Below, piece by piece: positions 19,720-29,625 of a stretch of 64,000 nt of DNA (its first letter is position 1; every line of letters starts with the position of its first letter). This DNA comes from an uncultured bacterium (GTDB lineage: Bacteria > Planctomycetota > UBA1135 > GCA-002686595). Under the pieces are notes generated by a model. That model had not been told where the DNA came from. It saw only the letters and a list, made by a program, of their open reading frames with translations, and made no database searches. Both the position numbers and the translations under genes were made by a program. Location: contig CALSNU010000006.1 in assembly GCA_943787795.1 (NCBI GenBank), forward strand, positions 224,001-288,000, written 5' to 3'.

Positions 19720-20541
19720 TCAGAAGACCGCGCCCGCGGTGATCCAATCGCGGATCACGGTGACATCGCCTGCGAAGGTGCCGCCGAAGGGCATCTGGGA
19801 CCCGCAGGAGGGCGTCGGATTCGCGAGCTTGTCGTAGAGCAGGCTGTTCTGGAAGTCCCCGGGGATCACGTAGATGCTGCCCTGGCAGTTGAAGCTCGTT
19901 GAAGCCGCGTTCACCAGCGAGGCATAGGCGGAGGCCGCGTCCTGTCCCATGTTCAGGCCACCGAACGAACCGTGGCAGATGACGCACTCCGGAGCGTTGA
20001 TGTTCGGCTGCGTGAGCATCGGGTAGATGTCCTGGCTGAACGTCGGCCCGGCGCTGTCGAACGTGAGCTCGAGGCCGGGGCTGAAGTTGGAGGTGACCGA
20101 GCCCCCCGCCGCGTCCCGGTGCCAGAACTGGAAGTTCACCGTATCCCCCGGGAGCGCCGCGTAGTTGCCCGTTGGCGAGGGCAGCGCCGTGACGTCAATG
20201 CTCAGGCTGACCGAGCCCGTCGAGCCGGATGAGACGATGTTGCCGGCGTAGCGGCCGATGTTCCCCGAGATGCAGAGATTGCCCGATGAGCCGCCGGGGC
20301 CCGGGATGAAGGCCTGCGTCTGGCTGGTTACGAAGTAGCCAAAGGCGTTGAGCGGCAGCGAGCTGCACGCGAGCGTCACATCGTTGAGCGCCACATCGGT
20401 ACTCCCTGTGGCCGAGATGACGGAGGGCCCGCCTGTGGAGTTCGAGTTGGCGGAGCAGTACGAGCTTCCGATCTGGGCAGAGGCGGAGCCGGCCAGGGCG
20501 AGCAGCGCGAGCGCAGTGGTGGAGAACGCGGTGGCGGTCAT
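19720..20541 (-). CDS. Secreted c-type cytochrome with N-terminal lineage-type domain
   Basis: Signal peptide (LAGSASAQ); CVICH heme motif; PGD..NSLLYDKL..QMP..VIRDWITAGA resembles planctomycete cytochrome c domains. Confidence 0.8.
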   Translation of the reverse strand: MTATAFSTTALALLALAGSASAQIGSSYCSANSNSTGGPSVISATGSTDVALNDVTLACSSLPLNAFGYFVTSQTQAFIPGPGGSSGNLCISGNIGRYAGNIVSSGSTGSVSLSIDVTALPSPTGNYAALPGDTVNFQFWHRDAAGGSVTSNFSPGLELTFDSAGPTFSQDIYPMLTQPNINAPECVICHGSFGGLNMGQDAASAYASLVNAASTSFNCQGSIYVIPGDFQNSLLYDKLANPTPSCGSQMPFGGTFAGDVTVIRDWITAGAVF

Positions 20542-20723
20542 ATGAGTCAATGCGGGTAGTAGCGTGAACGGCGATGGGGCGCCCTGGAAGACGAAGCGGC
20601 AGGCAACCCGGTTCCCTGACGACCGAGCGAGCTTCCAAAGAATAGCCCGCTGGATCGGCCACGGCACCGCAGGTTGAACCTGCGTCTCAGACCGCGACTT
20701 CGGACCGCAAGCGAGAGGCCTCC

Positions 20724-23066
20724 TCAGGCCTCCGCGAGGATCCAGAGCGTGCAAAGCGCCACACCCCGAGCAGAGCGAGCGCAAGGAGGACCCCAGCCGC
20801 GGACGCTGTGATCTTCGCGCGAGACAGCGCTGCGGAGGCGACGGCCCCCCCGACTCGCCGCCCGATCCACCTCGATCACCAGCCGCTCGAGGGTGCCCTC
20901 AGCGAGCCGCCCCATGCCCTCAGCGCTCGCGGCTGCTTGTAGATCGCGGAGCCTGGCCCCGGCGAGCCTGTCAGCGCCCACCACGAGCGCCAGGTCGACC
21001 ACAAGGCCCAGGAGCGCGAGGTCTGCGCCGTGTTCCGCCATGGCAATCTCGGCCGCCTCGAGGGCGCCCTGGGGATCGCCACCAGCCCAGACGAGGTACG
21101 CACGGAGATAGGCGGCGGAGACAGGGTCCGCCACCACCTCGGCAGCCTCCGACGCCCCCAGGAGGTCACCCCTCCTCGCCAGCGAGGTGGATGCGGCGAT
21201 CCGGCTGGCGTCCTCTGGCCTCGCGGCGGCCACCGCCAGCCTGACCGGCGCCTCGCCGCGCCGATTGAGCGCCTCGACCCTGGCCTCCGCCGCCGCGATC
21301 GAGCGCGCCTGGAGGGCCTCCAGATTCGACCGCTGGTCGCGAAGCTCGGACGTCGTCATCCCCGGCGCCACCACCTGCCAGGCGCCCTCAAGCTCCAGCG
21401 GGGGGAGCAAATCGCCCAGCCCGCCGATCAGGGGAGCCCCCAAGGACCCGAAGGGCCGCGTCGCCGGAGTCGGCACGTCGCCGCCGCGTCGTGCGTGGAG
21501 GGTGAGATTCCGGGAGAACGGGACCCTGAAGATCGAGACCGGCGCCCCGAAGGCCTCCACGATCGCGCCAGCGATCCCCTGCACGACCGGGTCGTCCACG
21601 CCGAACCCTCCGACGTTCACGGTGAGCCAGCCGCCATCCCGAAGCCGATGATGGATCAGCTCGAAGGCCTCGATGCTCGCGAGGTGAGGAGGCACCTCCA
21701 TGTTGTTGGCGTAGGCATCGACGATGACTTGATCGTAGGAGCCGGTCTCGAGCACGAGGGCAACTCGCCCGTCCAGCCCGCCCACCACGGTCCGCCCCGG
21801 GCTCGTCGTGTCGAGCTCGAAGTGCTCCACCGCGAGCTCCACCACGGTGGGATCCAGCTCGACGCCCGTCACGGCGAGGTTGGTCTCGGGGGCGATGATG
21901 CCCTCGAGGACACGGACCGCTGAACCACCACCAAGGCCGACAATGAAGACGGCCCAATCCGAGGGGGGCGCGCCCTGTTCCCGCGTCGACCACCCGTAAG
22001 GAAGCGCGAAGTGGTTGTAGTAGAAGCCCCCGGGGAGGAGGCCCGGGTTGGGCGCCCAGACGCTCTGGAACGAGTCGAGGCTCTCGTTGACCTGCAGCTT
22101 GCGCAGCCTGGCGTCGCCCTCCCCCGTCTCGGTGACCCGAAGACTCTGGTAGGCCGATTCGGCCTGTGCCAGCGTCAGCTCACCAGGGGCACCGGGGGCC
22201 CTGGTTGCCCCGGAGACCGCAGACGCCGTCGCGGTCGCGCCGAAGGCAAGCACGAGGCCGACCAGCCCCCCTGCCCCGCGGGCCTCTGCGGAGCGCCGAG
22301 CCGTCGAGCGCACCACCAGACCGCACGTGAAGAGCACAAGACCTGCGGTCAGGAACGTCCACGTCGTCCCCAGCACAGGCACGAACAGGTGGGTGGTCCC
22401 GAAGGTGCCGCCAAGGCTCCCCAGCGTCGAGGCGGCCAGCACATGCCCGCCCGCGTGTCCTGCGGCGTCGCCGCGCTGGCGCTGGAGGCTCTCCACCGCG
22501 AGCGGGCACGCGCATCCAAGGCATGCCGCAATGGGGAGGAACAGCACGAGCGCTGATGCGAGGCTGCCCCACACGAGCAACCTGGAGGCTCCGGCCAGCG
22601 CGACCCCGTCCGGCATGAAGAGGCCAGCGACCACCGGTGTCATGGCCGGGAGGGTCGCAGCGAGCATCGAGCCCAGCAGCAGCACGGCACCCAGACGAGC
22701 CAGAGGAGTGGGCCCGCTGGCGAAGCGGGCTCCCAGGGTGTAGCCGACGGCGAGCGCCGCGAGCACGACGCCGATGACGTTGGTCCAAACGCTGCTGGAG
22801 GCGCCGAACCAGGGGGCCAGGAGCCTCACGGCGCCCAGCTCGACCACCATGGTGGCGCCCCCGGCGAGGGCCACCACCAGGAGCAGGGCGACGGGAGTCA
22901 TCCCCCGGCGCGCGCCGGCATTCATGTCGCCGTCGACGGAGCCTTCAGCGGAGCCTTCAGCGGAGCCTTCAACGAAGCCGTCAGCGGCCCCATCAACGCC
23001 TGGGCCGACGCCCCCCACCGGAGCGGCGTCAGCGAGTGCGTCAACCTCTGCAGGTTCGGGGGCCAT
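20724..23066 (-). CDS. Fused membrane domain / spermidine synthase-like methyltransferase
   Basis: GGATMVVELGAVRLLAPWFGAS TM region; VGLGGG SAM motif, VELDP, DGR, YDQVIVDAY. Confidence 0.85.
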   Translation of the reverse strand: MAPEPAEVDALADAAPVGGVGPGVDGAADGFVEGSAEGSAEGSVDGDMNAGARRGMTPVALLLVVALAGGATMVVELGAVRLLAPWFGASSSVWTNVIGVVLAALAVGYTLGARFASGPTPLARLGAVLLLGSMLAATLPAMTPVVAGLFMPDGVALAGASRLLVWGSLASALVLFLPIAACLGCACPLAVESLQRQRGDAAGHAGGHVLAASTLGSLGGTFGTTHLFVPVLGTTWTFLTAGLVLFTCGLVVRSTARRSAEARGAGGLVGLVLAFGATATASAVSGATRAPGAPGELTLAQAESAYQSLRVTETGEGDARLRKLQVNESLDSFQSVWAPNPGLLPGGFYYNHFALPYGWSTREQGAPPSDWAVFIVGLGGGSAVRVLEGIIAPETNLAVTGVELDPTVVELAVEHFELDTTSPGRTVVGGLDGRVALVLETGSYDQVIVDAYANNMEVPPHLASIEAFELIHHRLRDGGWLTVNVGGFGVDDPVVQGIAGAIVEAFGAPVSIFRVPFSRNLTLHARRGGDVPTPATRPFGSLGAPLIGGLGDLLPPLELEGAWQVVAPGMTTSELRDQRSNLEALQARSIAAAEARVEALNRRGEAPVRLAVAAARPEDASRIAASTSLARRGDLLGASEAAEVVADPVSAAYLRAYLVWAGGDPQGALEAAEIAMAEHGADLALLGLVVDLALVVGADRLAGARLRDLQAAASAEGMGRLAEGTLERLVIEVDRAASRGGRRLRSAVSREDHSVRGWGPPCARSARGVALCTLWILAEA

Positions 23067-23078
23067 GGAACTCCTTGC

Positions 23079-24374
23079 TCAGCCGTCCGACTCGCCGCCA
23101 CCGGAAAGGTCCGGCAGGTAGTACTGCTTCGACGCCACGAAGACCCGGCCCGGGTCCACCTTGCCGGCGTAGAGCATGTCGAGGAAGACCCGGAAGCTGC
23201 GCTCGAACTGATCCTCGTAGCGCTTCCCGTTGGCGATCACCACCACCGGCCGGCTCATGTCAACGATGGCGTCGGACAGGTAGAGCGTGGCCTCCGTGAG
23301 GCCCGTGCCATTGAGCGTGATCGTGTTCTCCTCGCGGTTCACCTCGACGTCAACCCTGACGCCTTCGACGTCCGGCAGGCGGGGCACCTGCAGCCAGTAG
23401 GCGTTGGTCGGGAAGGTCGCCCCCGGAATGAGCGTGAACGAGGTCGGGTAGCTGTTCCGCTTGAGCCCAGCCATCCACTCGATGATCCCGCTCTCACCAC
23501 CGCTGGTGGCCAGGGTGACGCCCGTCAGGCCAGCCTCCTTCGCTCGCTCCTCGAAATCTGTCGCCTTGCTGCCGCCGCCTGAGATCAGCACGGGAAGGTG
23601 CTTGAGATTCTCGACAGGGATACCTTCGCCCGCATCGGCCGCCCAGCAGAACGCGCCGGCGAAGCGGCTGGGGAACATGTTCGCGATCGCGAGCGCGGCC
23701 TCTCCGCCAAGCTGGCGTCCGCCAATGAACACGCGATCGAAGTCGATCGCGTAGATCTCAGAGACGTTGCGGAGGGTGAGCATCACCGCCGTCAGGCCCT
23801 CGATCTCGGACCACTTACCCGAGTCCCCGGGCATCTTCGGGCAGGCGATGATCGTGGACTCCCGCAGGGCGCCGTTCACCCAGTTATTGGTGATGTGGGC
23901 CTTGGGGTTCTCGCCCTCCTCTGGGAGGGTGATGATCAGCGGGTACGGGCCGGACTTGGCTCTGTACTTCGCGGGCGACCAGAGCGCGTACTCCACGGTG
24001 CCCCGTGCCCCGTTGTCGACGGTGCGCTCACTCACCTTGCCGGCCCCTCGCTTGGGCTGCTTCCTGTCGAACTTGTTCGACAGGTAGATCATGGCCCCGA
24101 GATCCTCGGGGCTCGCCAGCAGCGTCGTCCCCTTCAGCTTGCGGTTCTTGTCGTTGAGCTTGCCCAGCTCCTCGCGGATGTCGGCCTCGGCCTCCATCTT
24201 GCCCTTGCCGTCAGCGATCGCCTCGTACCAGTCCGACACCTTGCCAGAGACCTTCTTGAGGTCCTTGTCGGTGAGCAGGCGGTCCGCGGCGGACGAGACG
24301 AGGGGCGATGCGGCCGCGGCCACCGCCAGCATGAGGCCGACCGAGGCGGTGCGAAGGAGTTTGTGGTGCTGCAT
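23079..24374 (-). CDS. Secreted alpha/beta-hydrolase (esterase/PHB depolymerase-like), nucleophile Ser apparently absent
   Basis: YALWSPAKY..YPLIITL, IDFDRVFIGGRQLGG, FPSRFAG, NLKHLPV, AYWLQV. Confidence 0.7.
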   Translation of the reverse strand: MQHHKLLRTASVGLMLAVAAAASPLVSSAADRLLTDKDLKKVSGKVSDWYEAIADGKGKMEAEADIREELGKLNDKNRKLKGTTLLASPEDLGAMIYLSNKFDRKQPKRGAGKVSERTVDNGARGTVEYALWSPAKYRAKSGPYPLIITLPEEGENPKAHITNNWVNGALRESTIIACPKMPGDSGKWSEIEGLTAVMLTLRNVSEIYAIDFDRVFIGGRQLGGEAALAIANMFPSRFAGAFCWAADAGEGIPVENLKHLPVLISGGGSKATDFEERAKEAGLTGVTLATSGGESGIIEWMAGLKRNSYPTSFTLIPGATFPTNAYWLQVPRLPDVEGVRVDVEVNREENTITLNGTGLTEATLYLSDAIVDMSRPVVVIANGKRYEDQFERSFRVFLDMLYAGKVDPGRVFVASKQYYLPDLSGGGESDG

Positions 24375-24517
24375 GAACAGGAGACAGATCCGTCAAAGGC
24401 GCGGGAGAGAAGAGGCCAGCGCAGCGCTCGCCAAGGCGCGCCGCGGACCCGATGGATTCTAGTGTGCGAGAGGGGGAGGGGTTTCAGGCCCATTCCACGG
24501 AATCGGCGCCCAAGGGC

Positions 24518-25237
24518 TCAACGTCGGCCCCGAAGGGCGGCGAGCGACGCCAGAGCGTGCCCTCGGAGCGCCCATGGACAGCTCTCCGGCGGGTCCCCGC
24601 GGTCCAGCTGGTGCCCGAACAGGCGGGCGGCCTCGAGCGCGTCACCCGCCAGCAGCGCCTTGAGCCCAAGGATCTGTCCTCCATCGGTGCTCCCCATGAC
24701 GAGCGCCCGTCCCAGGGAGGCTCGCTCACCGCTCTCATCCCCGAAGCCCGCCGCCAGGATCGCCCGCCGCTGCACGACGGCCAGCCGATCCCCTTCGCCG
24801 AGTTCGGGCTCGCGGAGAAGCGCCATCAGCAACCCATCCGCAACCGCATACGCGTCGAGGGCGCTTTCGCCCCTCGCGTCCGCGGGAGCCGACCGACGCA
24901 GGGCGCCCTCGGCGCAGAAGGCGCTCCAGACCGCGTTCGCCCGCGAATGCAGCGCCAGCGCCAGGCCGACAGCGGAGGGCCCATCCCAGGCGTCCATTCG
25001 CGCCATGAACTGGTCAAAGCCCTCCTGGAGCAGCGCCGCCTCCTCCTGACCGTCGAGTGCCGGACCCTTCAGGGCGTCGATCAACTGCTCGATGGCCGCG
25101 GGCTCGTCGACACCCCGGCCTGCGCCCGCCTCCTGCCCGACGACAACCGCGCCGGCGGTCAGCGCCCCCGCAACGGCCACCAGCCCAGCCACCCAAGAGC
25201 GCCCACGAGCCACGGGGCCGGTCACCGTCACGCCCAC
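24518..25237 (-). CDS. Hypothetical exported helical protein
   Basis: Overlaps the purM stop; N-terminal hydrophobic segment; typical codon usage. Confidence 0.6.
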   Translation of the reverse strand: MGVTVTGPVARGRSWVAGLVAVAGALTAGAVVVGQEAGAGRGVDEPAAIEQLIDALKGPALDGQEEAALLQEGFDQFMARMDAWDGPSAVGLALALHSRANAVWSAFCAEGALRRSAPADARGESALDAYAVADGLLMALLREPELGEGDRLAVVQRRAILAAGFGDESGERASLGRALVMGSTDGGQILGLKALLAGDALEAARLFGHQLDRGDPPESCPWALRGHALASLAALRGRR

Positions 25238-26277
25238 CGGACGACCCCGGCGTCGCCCGCGGCCTCGACGGTCTGCCCGATCCGGATGGCCTCCTCGCCC
25301 TGGGAGGCGAGGTGCGCCTCAACGGCCTCGAGATCCGCGTCGTCCACGAACAGGACCATGCCAATCCCCATGTTCAGGGCCTGGTACGCCTCGTCACGGT
25401 CGATGCGAGCGGCGTCCACGATCATCTTGAACAGCGGCGGGACCTCCCAGCTCGCAAGGTCAATGACCGCATCGCAACTGCCCAGGATTCGCGGCACGTT
25501 GTCGATCAGGCCCCCGCCGGTGATGTGGGCGAGGCCCGGCAGCTTGTCCTCCTGCAAGAGCGGCCAGAGCAGCTCAAGGTAGCTCCTGTGGGGAGCGAGC
25601 AAGGCCTCCCCGAGGGTGACCCCGCCGAGGGCTTCGGGGCGGTCCTCCACGGTCAACCCCAGGCGCTCGAAGAGCACCTTGCGGGCCAGAGAGTAGCCAT
25701 TGGTGTGCAGGCCGCTGGACCTGAGCCCGATCAGCGTCTGCCCGGGGCGGACGCGAGAGCCATCCAGCACCTTGTCGCGGGCCACGGACCCGACGATGAA
25801 GCCCACCAGGTCAAAGTCCCCGTCGCCATAGAGCCCCGGCATCTCCGCCGTCTCGCCCCCGAGCAATGCGAGTCCGTTGTCTCGACAGGCGTCCGCGCAG
25901 CCCCGAACCAGGCTCGCGACGACGTCCGGCTCCAAGCGTCCAGTCCCGACGTAGTCGAGGAAGAAGTGAGGCCGGGCTCCTTGAACGAGAATGTCGTTGA
26001 TGCAGTGCTGCACGAGGTCTCGACCAACGCTGTCGTGGATCCCGCAGAGCTTGGCCACCTCCAACTTGGTGCCGACCCCATCGGCGCTCGCGACGAGGAT
26101 GTGCCCTCCGCAGTCCACCCGGTCAAGGTCGAAGAGGCCTCCAAAGAGCCCCATGTCAGACAGCACGCCCGGGGTGAAAGTGGAGCGGACGGCGTCCTTG
26201 GCCGCGCCAAGGGCGGCGTCCTGCGCGGCGATATCAACGCCAGCGTCCTTGTAGGTGATCGGTGCGGGTTCGGACAC
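25228..26277 (-). CDS. purM: Phosphoribosylformylglycinamidine cyclo-ligase
   Basis: YKDAGVDI, ADGVGTK, GGETAEMPG, SSGLHTNGYSL, HITGGG, NMGIGM. Confidence 0.97.
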   Translation of the reverse strand: MSEPAPITYKDAGVDIAAQDAALGAAKDAVRSTFTPGVLSDMGLFGGLFDLDRVDCGGHILVASADGVGTKLEVAKLCGIHDSVGRDLVQHCINDILVQGARPHFFLDYVGTGRLEPDVVASLVRGCADACRDNGLALLGGETAEMPGLYGDGDFDLVGFIVGSVARDKVLDGSRVRPGQTLIGLRSSGLHTNGYSLARKVLFERLGLTVEDRPEALGGVTLGEALLAPHRSYLELLWPLLQEDKLPGLAHITGGGLIDNVPRILGSCDAVIDLASWEVPPLFKMIVDAARIDRDEAYQALNMGIGMVLFVDDADLEAVEAHLASQGEEAIRIGQTVEAAGDAGVVRWA

Positions 26278-26578
26278 GTGTGGTGCGAAGGCGAGGCGCG
26301 GCACAGGGCCGGCGGAGTTCGGGGCGGGACGATGGCCCAGGCGGCCGAGGGGAGCTCGGATCCGGGATCCGCGCTGAGCGCACAAGATAGTGCTCTCCGC
26401 GGCCCCCTCCTACACCCAGATCGCCTCCTCCGATCGGATGGACGAGGATTCACCTCAGGCGCCCGCCCGGCTACTGCTTTCGGGGTCGCGGTCTGGGTAT
26501 CATCCAGGCCCGGAAGCGCGCTGACCTCCTCGCGCGACCCCGCCCACGATCACGCCGCTCCCGGATCCCAGAGCCACC

Positions 26579-27772
26579 TTGACCAAGCGCCTCCTCGTCC
26601 TCGGCAGCACCGGCTCCATCGGGACCCAGACCCTCGACCTGGCCGCTTCGGCGCCGCCGGAGGCCCCCCTGGAGGTGGTGGGCCTCGCCGCGGCCAGCTC
26701 CTGGCAGACCGTCCTTGAGCAGGTACGCAAATATCGCCCCTCCCTCGTGAGCATGGCGGACCCCGAGGCCGCGGCGAAGCTCCGGGCGGCGTTGGGCCCC
26801 GAGGTCGAGGTGCTCGTCGGCGAAGCTGGGCTCCTCGATATGATCGCGCGCGCGGACTTCGACGTGGCCATCCACGGCATCGTCGGAGCTGCCGGCCTCA
26901 GACCCTCAGCCGCGGTGCTCGAGCGCGGCAAGACCCTGGGATTGGCGAACAAGGAGTCCATGGTGATCGCTGGCGACCTGCTCTTCCAGCTGGCGGAGCG
27001 CCATGGAGCCGAGATTGTCCCGGTGGACTCGGAGCACTCTGCGGTCTTCCAGTGCCTGCGGGGCGAACGGCTCGACGAGGTCCGGCGCGTCCACCTGACC
27101 GCCAGCGGAGGCCCGTTCCGGACGAGGACCCTGGAGGAAATACACGGGGCAACGCCGGAGGAGGCCCTTGCCCACCCCAACTGGGACATGGGCCCCAGGG
27201 TGACGATCGGGTCCGCGACCCTCATGAACAAGGCCCTTGAGGTCATCGAGCTCCACCACCTCTTTCGCCTCCCGGCAGAGAAGATCCATGTGGTCGTCCA
27301 TGCCCAGTCCATCGTCCACTCGATGGTCGAGTTCACCGACGGGTCGGTCATGGCCCAGCTCGGCCCGCCCGACATGCGCGGGCCCATTCACTACGCCATC
27401 CATCATCCCGAGCGCGGCACCGCTGACCTCGAAGGCTTCAGCTTCGAACGTTTCGCCCAGCTGACCTTCGAGGAGCCCGACCTGCAGCGCTTTCCGGCCC
27501 TCGGGCTGGGCTTCCGGGTGATCCAGGACGGAGGCACCGCGGGCGCGGTGCTCAATGCGGCAGACGAGATCGCCGTGGAGGCGTTCCTTGAACGACGGAT
27601 CTCTCTGGCCCAGTTGGTAGAGGTGTCTGCCGCGGCCCTCGATGCCCGCCCCGCCTCTCAGGGCGCCTCAAGTCTCGATCAACTGCTCGACGCAGACGAC
27701 TGGGCCCGGGATTTCGCGCGGGACTATATCGCGAGCCTCTGCGCCGAAGCGACCACCACCAAGACCCCATGA
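26579..27772 (+). CDS. dxr: 1-deoxy-D-xylulose-5-phosphate reductoisomerase
   Basis: LGSTGSIG, LANKES, PVDSEHSA, TASGGPFR, HPNWDMG, NKALEVIE. Confidence 0.97.
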   Translation: MTKRLLVLGSTGSIGTQTLDLAASAPPEAPLEVVGLAAASSWQTVLEQVRKYRPSLVSMADPEAAAKLRAALGPEVEVLVGEAGLLDMIARADFDVAIHGIVGAAGLRPSAAVLERGKTLGLANKESMVIAGDLLFQLAERHGAEIVPVDSEHSAVFQCLRGERLDEVRRVHLTASGGPFRTRTLEEIHGATPEEALAHPNWDMGPRVTIGSATLMNKALEVIELHHLFRLPAEKIHVVVHAQSIVHSMVEFTDGSVMAQLGPPDMRGPIHYAIHHPERGTADLEGFSFERFAQLTFEEPDLQRFPALGLGFRVIQDGGTAGAVLNAADEIAVEAFLERRISLAQLVEVSAAALDARPASQGASSLDQLLDADDWARDFARDYIASLCAEATTTKTP

Positions 27773-29622
27773 ACCCCGCCGATCTCCTCAACGTCCTCCA
27801 GGTAGTGCTGGGCATCGGACTCGTCATCTTCGTCCACGAAGCCGGCCACTTCATGGCAGCTCGGTGGTGCGGAGCGCGGGTCGAGGTCTTCTCCCTGGGA
27901 TTTGGGCCACGGCTCTTCGGGTGGAAGAGGGGCGACACCCTGTTCCAGATCGCCGCCGTGCCGCTCGGCGGCTACGTCAAGGTGGCGGGCGAGTACAGCG
28001 ACGGCCTCGGCGGAACGCCCGAGCCAGGAACCCTCGCCACGCTCAGCGTGCCCCAACGCTTCCTGTACTTCTCCGGGGGCGTGATCATGAATGTGATCTT
28101 CGCGCTCGTGGTCCTGCCCCTGGTGATGCTGGCCGGCCTCCCAGCGCTCCAGCCCCTCATCGGCGCCCCCACACCGGGCATGCCGGCCTGGGAGGCGGGG
28201 CTCCCCGCGGGGACGGTGATCCTCGAGGTCAACGACACCCAGATTGTCGACTTCGAACACCTGGTCACCGCCGTCGCGCTCAACGGGAGCGAGGACGCGA
28301 CGCTCCTGATTCAACGACCTGAAGAGTCGCCGGAGTCGATCACCCTCACACCTCGCTTCGACGAGAACCTGGGCTTCTTCCGCCTTGGCCTCCCGGCCGG
28401 TCGATCACCCGACCAGCGACTCGTGGTGAGCCCCGAGGGGCCCGCGGCTGCGGCGGGCCTGACGAACGAGGACCGTCTGATCGCCGTGATCGGCCAGCCC
28501 ACCACCCTGCGCCTCGAGGAGCAGCTACGAAGGGCCATGGACGGGCGAGCGCCGATGGCTCTACGGGTGCAAGGCGCCGATGGCTCCACCCGTGAGCTGC
28601 GCGTTGAGCCGCGGATGGAGACCCTGGAGTTCAAGCGTATCGGCATCGGTGCCCTGTCCTCGAGCATCGACGCCATCCGCAGTACTGGCCCAGCCGCCGG
28701 CCTCGTGGAGCGCCTTGGCATCGAGGCTGGGGATCGAGTCATCGCGGTCGCGGGTGTCCCCGTCTGGGGGCTGGCCTCCATCCGTGACGGCCTCTTGACC
28801 GTCGAGGCTGGCGAGACCCTCTCGGTCACCGTGCGCCGCGGCGGTGAGCTGCTCACCCTCGAGGCGCTGGCTGAGATCCCGCCCGTGCTGCTCCTGGGTG
28901 ACCTTGCGCTGGAGGTGGTGGAAGGAACCTCAAGGATCGCGGTCTCGGCGGGTTCCCCGGCCGAGGCCGCGGGCATCCTGGATGGAGACCAGATCATCTC
29001 CGTGAACGGTCAGGCGACCGACAGCTGGCCGATCATGCTGGAGACCATCCAGCGCGAGGTTGCCACGGGCCGCACGCTGCAGCTCGAGGTGTGGCGCGAC
29101 ACGCAGGCGGGCGAGCCCATGAAAGAGCTCGTCATTCAACTCGACGCTGCGCCCGTGACCCTCCCGAACTACGGCGTGCAGCTCGACGCTGCCCGGACAA
29201 TCCTGAAGGCCGACGGCCTGGGCGAGGCCATCTCCGACGGGTTTGGTGCCACTCAGCGCTTCCTTGTCGACGTGTGGCTGCAGCTCAAGAAGATGCTCTT
29301 CAGCGACGAGATCTCCACCCGCAACCTCGGGGGGATCATCTCCATCAGCGTCATCTCCTTCGACACGGCCAGCCAGGGCCTCCCCAAGCTGTTCTTCTTC
29401 CTGGCGATCCTCAGCATCAACCTGGCGATCCTCAACCTGCTCCCCATTCCCATCCTGGACGGGGGCCACCTGCTGTTCCTGCTCATCGAGGGCATCAAGG
29501 GCTCGCCGGTCTCCGAGCGCACCTTCGGCTACAGCCAGGTCGTCGGGATGGTGATGATCATGTCGCTGATGGTCTATGTGACCTATCAGGACATCGTCCG
29601 CTGGTTCATCGAGCCGCGCTGA
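27769..29622 (+). CDS. rseP: RIP metalloprotease RseP with multiple PDZ domains
   Basis: HEAGH, PLGGYVK, NLLPIPILDGGH; directly after dxr with a 4-nt overlap. Confidence 0.93.
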   Translation: MNPADLLNVLQVVLGIGLVIFVHEAGHFMAARWCGARVEVFSLGFGPRLFGWKRGDTLFQIAAVPLGGYVKVAGEYSDGLGGTPEPGTLATLSVPQRFLYFSGGVIMNVIFALVVLPLVMLAGLPALQPLIGAPTPGMPAWEAGLPAGTVILEVNDTQIVDFEHLVTAVALNGSEDATLLIQRPEESPESITLTPRFDENLGFFRLGLPAGRSPDQRLVVSPEGPAAAAGLTNEDRLIAVIGQPTTLRLEEQLRRAMDGRAPMALRVQGADGSTRELRVEPRMETLEFKRIGIGALSSSIDAIRSTGPAAGLVERLGIEAGDRVIAVAGVPVWGLASIRDGLLTVEAGETLSVTVRRGGELLTLEALAEIPPVLLLGDLALEVVEGTSRIAVSAGSPAEAAGILDGDQIISVNGQATDSWPIMLETIQREVATGRTLQLEVWRDTQAGEPMKELVIQLDAAPVTLPNYGVQLDAARTILKADGLGEAISDGFGATQRFLVDVWLQLKKMLFSDEISTRNLGGIISISVISFDTASQGLPKLFFFLAILSINLAILNLLPIPILDGGHLLFLLIEGIKGSPVSERTFGYSQVVGMVMIMSLMVYVTYQDIVRWFIEPR

Positions 29623-29625
29623 CCC

